Below, piece after piece: positions 59,961-64,000 of a stretch of DNA of 64,000 nt (position 1 is its first letter; each line of letters begins with the position of its first letter). The position numbers were made by a program, and so were the translations under genes. Location: contig CM061246.1 in the NCBI GenBank assembly GCA_022605425.2, positions 682,001 to 746,000 of the forward strand, given 5' to 3'. Below the pieces are notes generated by a model. That model was not told where the DNA came from, did no database searches, and worked only from the letters and a program-made list of their open reading frames with translations. The stretch is from Hamiltosporidium tvaerminnensis FI-OER-3-3 (Eukaryota > Fungi > Microsporidia).

Positions 59961-62000
59961 AAATATGGTATCAAAACTTATAGATCTGATTAGAAAGTTG
60001 TTGATAGTATTCTAATGTGACAAGCATAATTTAGAATGCAAAGGTATAGTTACAAGATAGCTAATTTTACTTTTTTTTTCTGGCCTGTATACTTAAAAAT
60101 AGTCATTCAACCATCTTTTGTAGTAACATCGAGGGACTTCTTCCCAGGTGGTTTTTTGTAAAAGTAAAAATTATTTTGAAAATGTTGATTTTGAAAAAAT
60201 TATACGAATGCAACTAAAACCTTTATTAAACCAAAATTAGAAAAAATTTATTCTTTCTTTGGCCAAATTTATTTTTAAAATTCATAGTATATTGTTATAA
60301 AGTCCAAAGAAAGTCTAAAAATTTAATTTTCATTTGATTATGTTTTTTAGCAACATATTTTCTAAGACAAATATATCGAATATCTAATATTACACCGTTC
60401 TTATTTGATTTTTCTTGTCCAAATGATGGCTAATTTGTTTTAAATATCGAAATTGGTAGCTATTTAGGCAAAATTGATGTAAAAACAAATCAACAAATTA
60501 TATGCAAAGCATTGGCTTTTTTTCTGTTCATATGAGTCTAATTTGTGCAGAAATTTAAATTTCAGATATAAATAGGCGAGTTAGGCTTGTAAAAATTTAT
60601 TTTTATAAAATTCTAATTTAAAAAGTTATTATTTATAAACATGGCTTTAATTCATAGCCTAGAACAATTTAACATTTGAAACTGTTTGAATTTATATGTC
60701 GATGTGTCAATCCGTAAAATAAATTTTAAAAAGATTGAATAGAACAAATATAATATTTATATATCCTTAAACAGACGAAATTCCAGGGTTTATTTCTATA
60801 GCTGCAATATATTGAAATTTCAGGAATATCAGAGTATTTTTTTTGTTTTTCCTATATTGTGAATTTATCAAGCATCAATCTAGCTTTTTTAATATGGTTT
60901 AAAGTCTAAAGCGCAGTATAAACTTCAATTTAAAAAAATCAAATTGAAATAATTAACATTTAATAAAATTAGTAGAATATATAATGCAACATTAATCTTC
61001 CAAAATTTTTAGGTAATTTAAGTTTACTTTTTGTATCTTATAATACATTTAGGATTTAAGCATGGCACAATGTAGGTTGTTATTATGAGTTTATATTTGT
61101 TATCTTTAGTTTTTTGAAAGGAACGCTACACAGATGAAATGTTTAATCTAATATTATATAACTAGAAATCTGATTTCAGATCTCTATCTAATTTTAGCAG
61201 AGCCAGTTTTTAAATTGAAAAGTTCTATTTTATTTTAAAAATCAATCCGACATTTGATTAAAAGAATTTCATGTCGGTAATTATGAAGTTTGTTATCATC
61301 TTTAACTTCTTGTTTTTTGATTAAAGATTGATAAATATTTTGTTTATATTATTGAATAATTAGAATTTATTAAGATAGAAAATAAAGTTTTGTAAAGATT
61401 TATTATATGTTAAAAATAAATATGAAGAAAATCTTCAACTTTATATTTTGATGTTTTATTTTAATGATATATTCAAAATTAGATGAAATGTGATGTATTT
61501 ATAGTAAAGATTAAATTAAAATAGAATAAAGAAGGAATATGTAATTTTTTTAAATTAAGAGTTTTTATGGTAAATATTAAATTGAAATAGAATAAAGAAT
61601 GAGTAAAAATATTTTTTTAAATTAAAACTTTTGCCAATTATTAAATTAAAACGAAAATATTTTTAAAAAGTGTCAGAGTACAAATCTGATTTAATATGAG
61701 TAAAATTAAAAAAAATCAAATTAAATTATAAAATTTTGATAGTAAAAGCTTGAAGATTTTTTTTTATTAAAACCAAGTAACTATTTTCCAAGTTTTTCAA
61801 ATACTTTATAATGAGATGAATATAAATGAGCTTCGAATCAATTAAATATAATGAACTGTTTTTTTAATTATAATAAAATATATTAAAGATAATTAATAAA
61901 AAAATAAATCTTTCAAGAATTCTAGTTTATTTATTTAATTTATTCAATTAACCATTTTTGTTTTTTAAAACTTTAAATACGTATTTTTTCGGATAAAAAT

Positions 62001-62792
62001 ATGCAGCCAAAAATACTAAGTTATTTTATTTTTTGCTTTATATTTACTGGAAAGATTTTTTCTTCTCAAGATGAGGCTGAATATATTAATGAAAATGTTT
62101 TGAGTAAAGAAAATCCCAAGAGTGAACATGATAAAAAATCTTGTTTTTTGTGTGAAGAAGGTTTATGTGCTAGTAAGGTTTCAACTGAGTTAAAATGTAA
62201 AGAAGGAGATGATACACTATATGCGTCGAATAAAAATCCTAACCAAGCGATTTCTTCGGAAGAAATGGTTTCAAATCCCGATAAGAATACTAAATCCGAG
62301 TCGAAAGAAGAAATGAGGGTGATGTTTCCAGCTAGTGAATCTAATTTTTCTGATCTTAAATCCGAAATAATTGAGGAAAAGAGCGAAACAAAGAAAAAAA
62401 CAGAGAATTATGATTCAGACGAAATAAGCGCATCCAATCCCGAAGTTGAAAGTCGTGAAGAAAGGGAAGAAAAAACGAAAGATCCAGTGGCAGCTATAAG
62501 TGATGATTCTAGTAACAGTAATGATAATTCTGATACAAGAGAAGAAAAAAAAGAACATGTGAACCCCTTATGCTCAGCTCAATGTGATTCTTATTGTAAT
62601 TCCGAAACAAGTAAATCAGAAGAAGAAACTAAAAAAATCGAAAGTACAATAGAGATCGTAGATGTGCAAAAAAATCTGGTTTCAAAAGTTACAAATGAAA
62701 TATTTCAAGGGAATATTGATCAAGTGGATACTTCAGAAGAATATGACCTTAGTAGACCCCCAAGTCTGCGACTGGGTTATACCGATTTTTAA
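62001..62792 (+). CDS. putative secreted acidic Ser/Glu-rich protein, 263 aa
   Basis: N-terminal signal peptide (MQPKILSYFIFCFIFTGKIFS), two small Cys clusters, low-complexity body. Confidence 0.8.
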   Translation: MQPKILSYFIFCFIFTGKIFSSQDEAEYINENVLSKENPKSEHDKKSCFLCEEGLCASKVSTELKCKEGDDTLYASNKNPNQAISSEEMVSNPDKNTKSESKEEMRVMFPASESNFSDLKSEIIEEKSETKKKTENYDSDEISASNPEVESREEREEKTKDPVAAISDDSSNSNDNSDTREEKKEHVNPLCSAQCDSYCNSETSKSEEETKKIESTIEIVDVQKNLVSKVTNEIFQGNIDQVDTSEEYDLSRPPSLRLGYTDF

Positions 62793-63465
62793 AGTAAAAT
62801 TTAGCTATATTTTTTATTTTTACTATTTATTTTATTTTACTTTAGAATTTTTTACCAAAGATTTTTTTAAAAAATTCATTATTTTTTAACATATTTAATA
62901 TTATAAAGTTAACGGAGTATAAAAATAGCTAAAGTATTGCTGCATTTATTTTAAACCAAACTTGAATCAAGATAATCACAAAACTGTAAAAAAAGGGATT
63001 CGATTTTTATTATAGGATAATGGATATTTAATGTGCTTAAACCTCCTAAATAAAATATTTTTTTAGATACAGGGTTTATTAACTACTTGAAAAAAATTTT
63101 GACTATCAATGGTTCAATATATTTATAAAGGTGCAATAAATATTTACTTAGCTATTAACGAATTTTATCATCTTAAACATACAATTACTCAAATTCTACT
63201 ATCACTGATGGTTTTATAATATATTTTTGCGCTTTAGATCGGTATTGAAATTTCAGCTTTTTTGTTGCAATAATATTATCGATATAGAATCCATAAATAT
63301 ATTCCAACTTTTAGTTGAGATTTTTAGGGAGATTAAACATGGTCGAGTAAAATTAAAGTTTTGGTTGATACATTTTTTACATCAAAAAATATTTTATTCT
63401 TTAATTTATCCGCAAAAGTTTAAAATATATCAATTATGAAGCTAGATAGTTTTAGAAATGTTTAA

Positions 63466-64000
63466 TTAAAGATGTACATCAAATATTTCAATAAAGGATT
63501 CGAAAATATGGCTGAATTTTCTAATATGTTCAACCGACATTTTTTTAAGTATAGTTTCACCAATTAAAACAGGACAAAATATTATTGATAAAGCTTTTGA
63601 ATCCATACGATTCGTATCATACCGTGCAACACAACCTAAAATACGTAAAATACTAAGAAAAAAGAAAGATATATTTTCTTTCATCATAGAGGCGATACAA
63701 ATAAGTAAAAGCCGCGGATTTCTTTCTATACAAAATGAATCAGCATTTAAAAGATTCTCATATATTCTTAAACCCAATATTCCATCCATTTCCACTCTTA
63801 TAAAATATTTTATTCCGTTACATAATTCGAATTCAGTGAATTTTCTAAAATCAAATACTTTTCCTTGTTTAATATTTTCAACTACAATTTTCATTTGTTC
63901 TATTAAACATGCTTTTCTAAAAAGACCAATACTTTTTAATAAACCGTTTTGTAGCAAATAATTAAATATTTCTAAAATTACTCCTTGCGATTCATCAAAT
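63466..64000 (-). CDS. RhoGAP-domain protein, C-terminal part (runs off the right edge)
   Basis: Frame open to the window edge; ILEIFNYLLQNGL..GLFRK arginine-finger motif, IKYFIR, NRMDSKALSIIFCPVL. Confidence 0.85.
   Translation of the reverse strand, partial: FDESQGVILEIFNYLLQNGLLKSIGLFRKACLIEQMKIVVENIKQGKVFDFRKFTEFELCNGIKYFIRVEMDGILGLRIYENLLNADSFCIERNPRLLLICIASMMKENISFFFLSILRILGCVARYDTNRMDSKALSIIFCPVLIGETILKKMSVEHIRKFSHIFESFIEIFDVHL

Overview
Very AT-rich, gene-sparse eukaryotic DNA. The divergent, apparently intronless core genes, CCC motif just upstream of many start codons, ricin-B lectin and decayed LRR/secreted-family genes point to a large-genome microsporidian, plausibly Hamiltosporidium-like (inference). 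About 13 intact or edge-truncated genes: SDA1 (partial), SIN3, a YAK1/DYRK kinase, a ubiquitin-like protein head-to-head with SNAPC3, a ricin-B lectin, a possible MED22, CRM1/XPO1, an EDC4/Ge-1-like protein, NIC96/NUP93, a RhoGAP (partial) and hypotheticals. Intergenic space holds: (i) an R4/Dong-like restriction-like-endonuclease (RLE) non-LTR retrotransposon, with two near-full copies and several fragments; (ii) a Buster-type hAT MITE with an 8-bp TSD; (iii) a ~195-bp RTE-derived short retroposon with an 11-bp TSD; (iv) two large pseudogenes; (v) many 60-80 bp tandem duplications. The most striking unexplained feature is a ~700-nt non-coding repeat (4 full copies, 1 5'-truncated copy, 2 head-sharing variants). 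It has sharp termini, a cUUCGg tetraloop, compensatory base changes between divergent copies and a TTAAATAAA 3' end like that of the RLE element, making it a candidate structured-RNA retroposon mobilised in trans. 29530-29925 looks like base-calling decay. All alignments and folds were done by eye.
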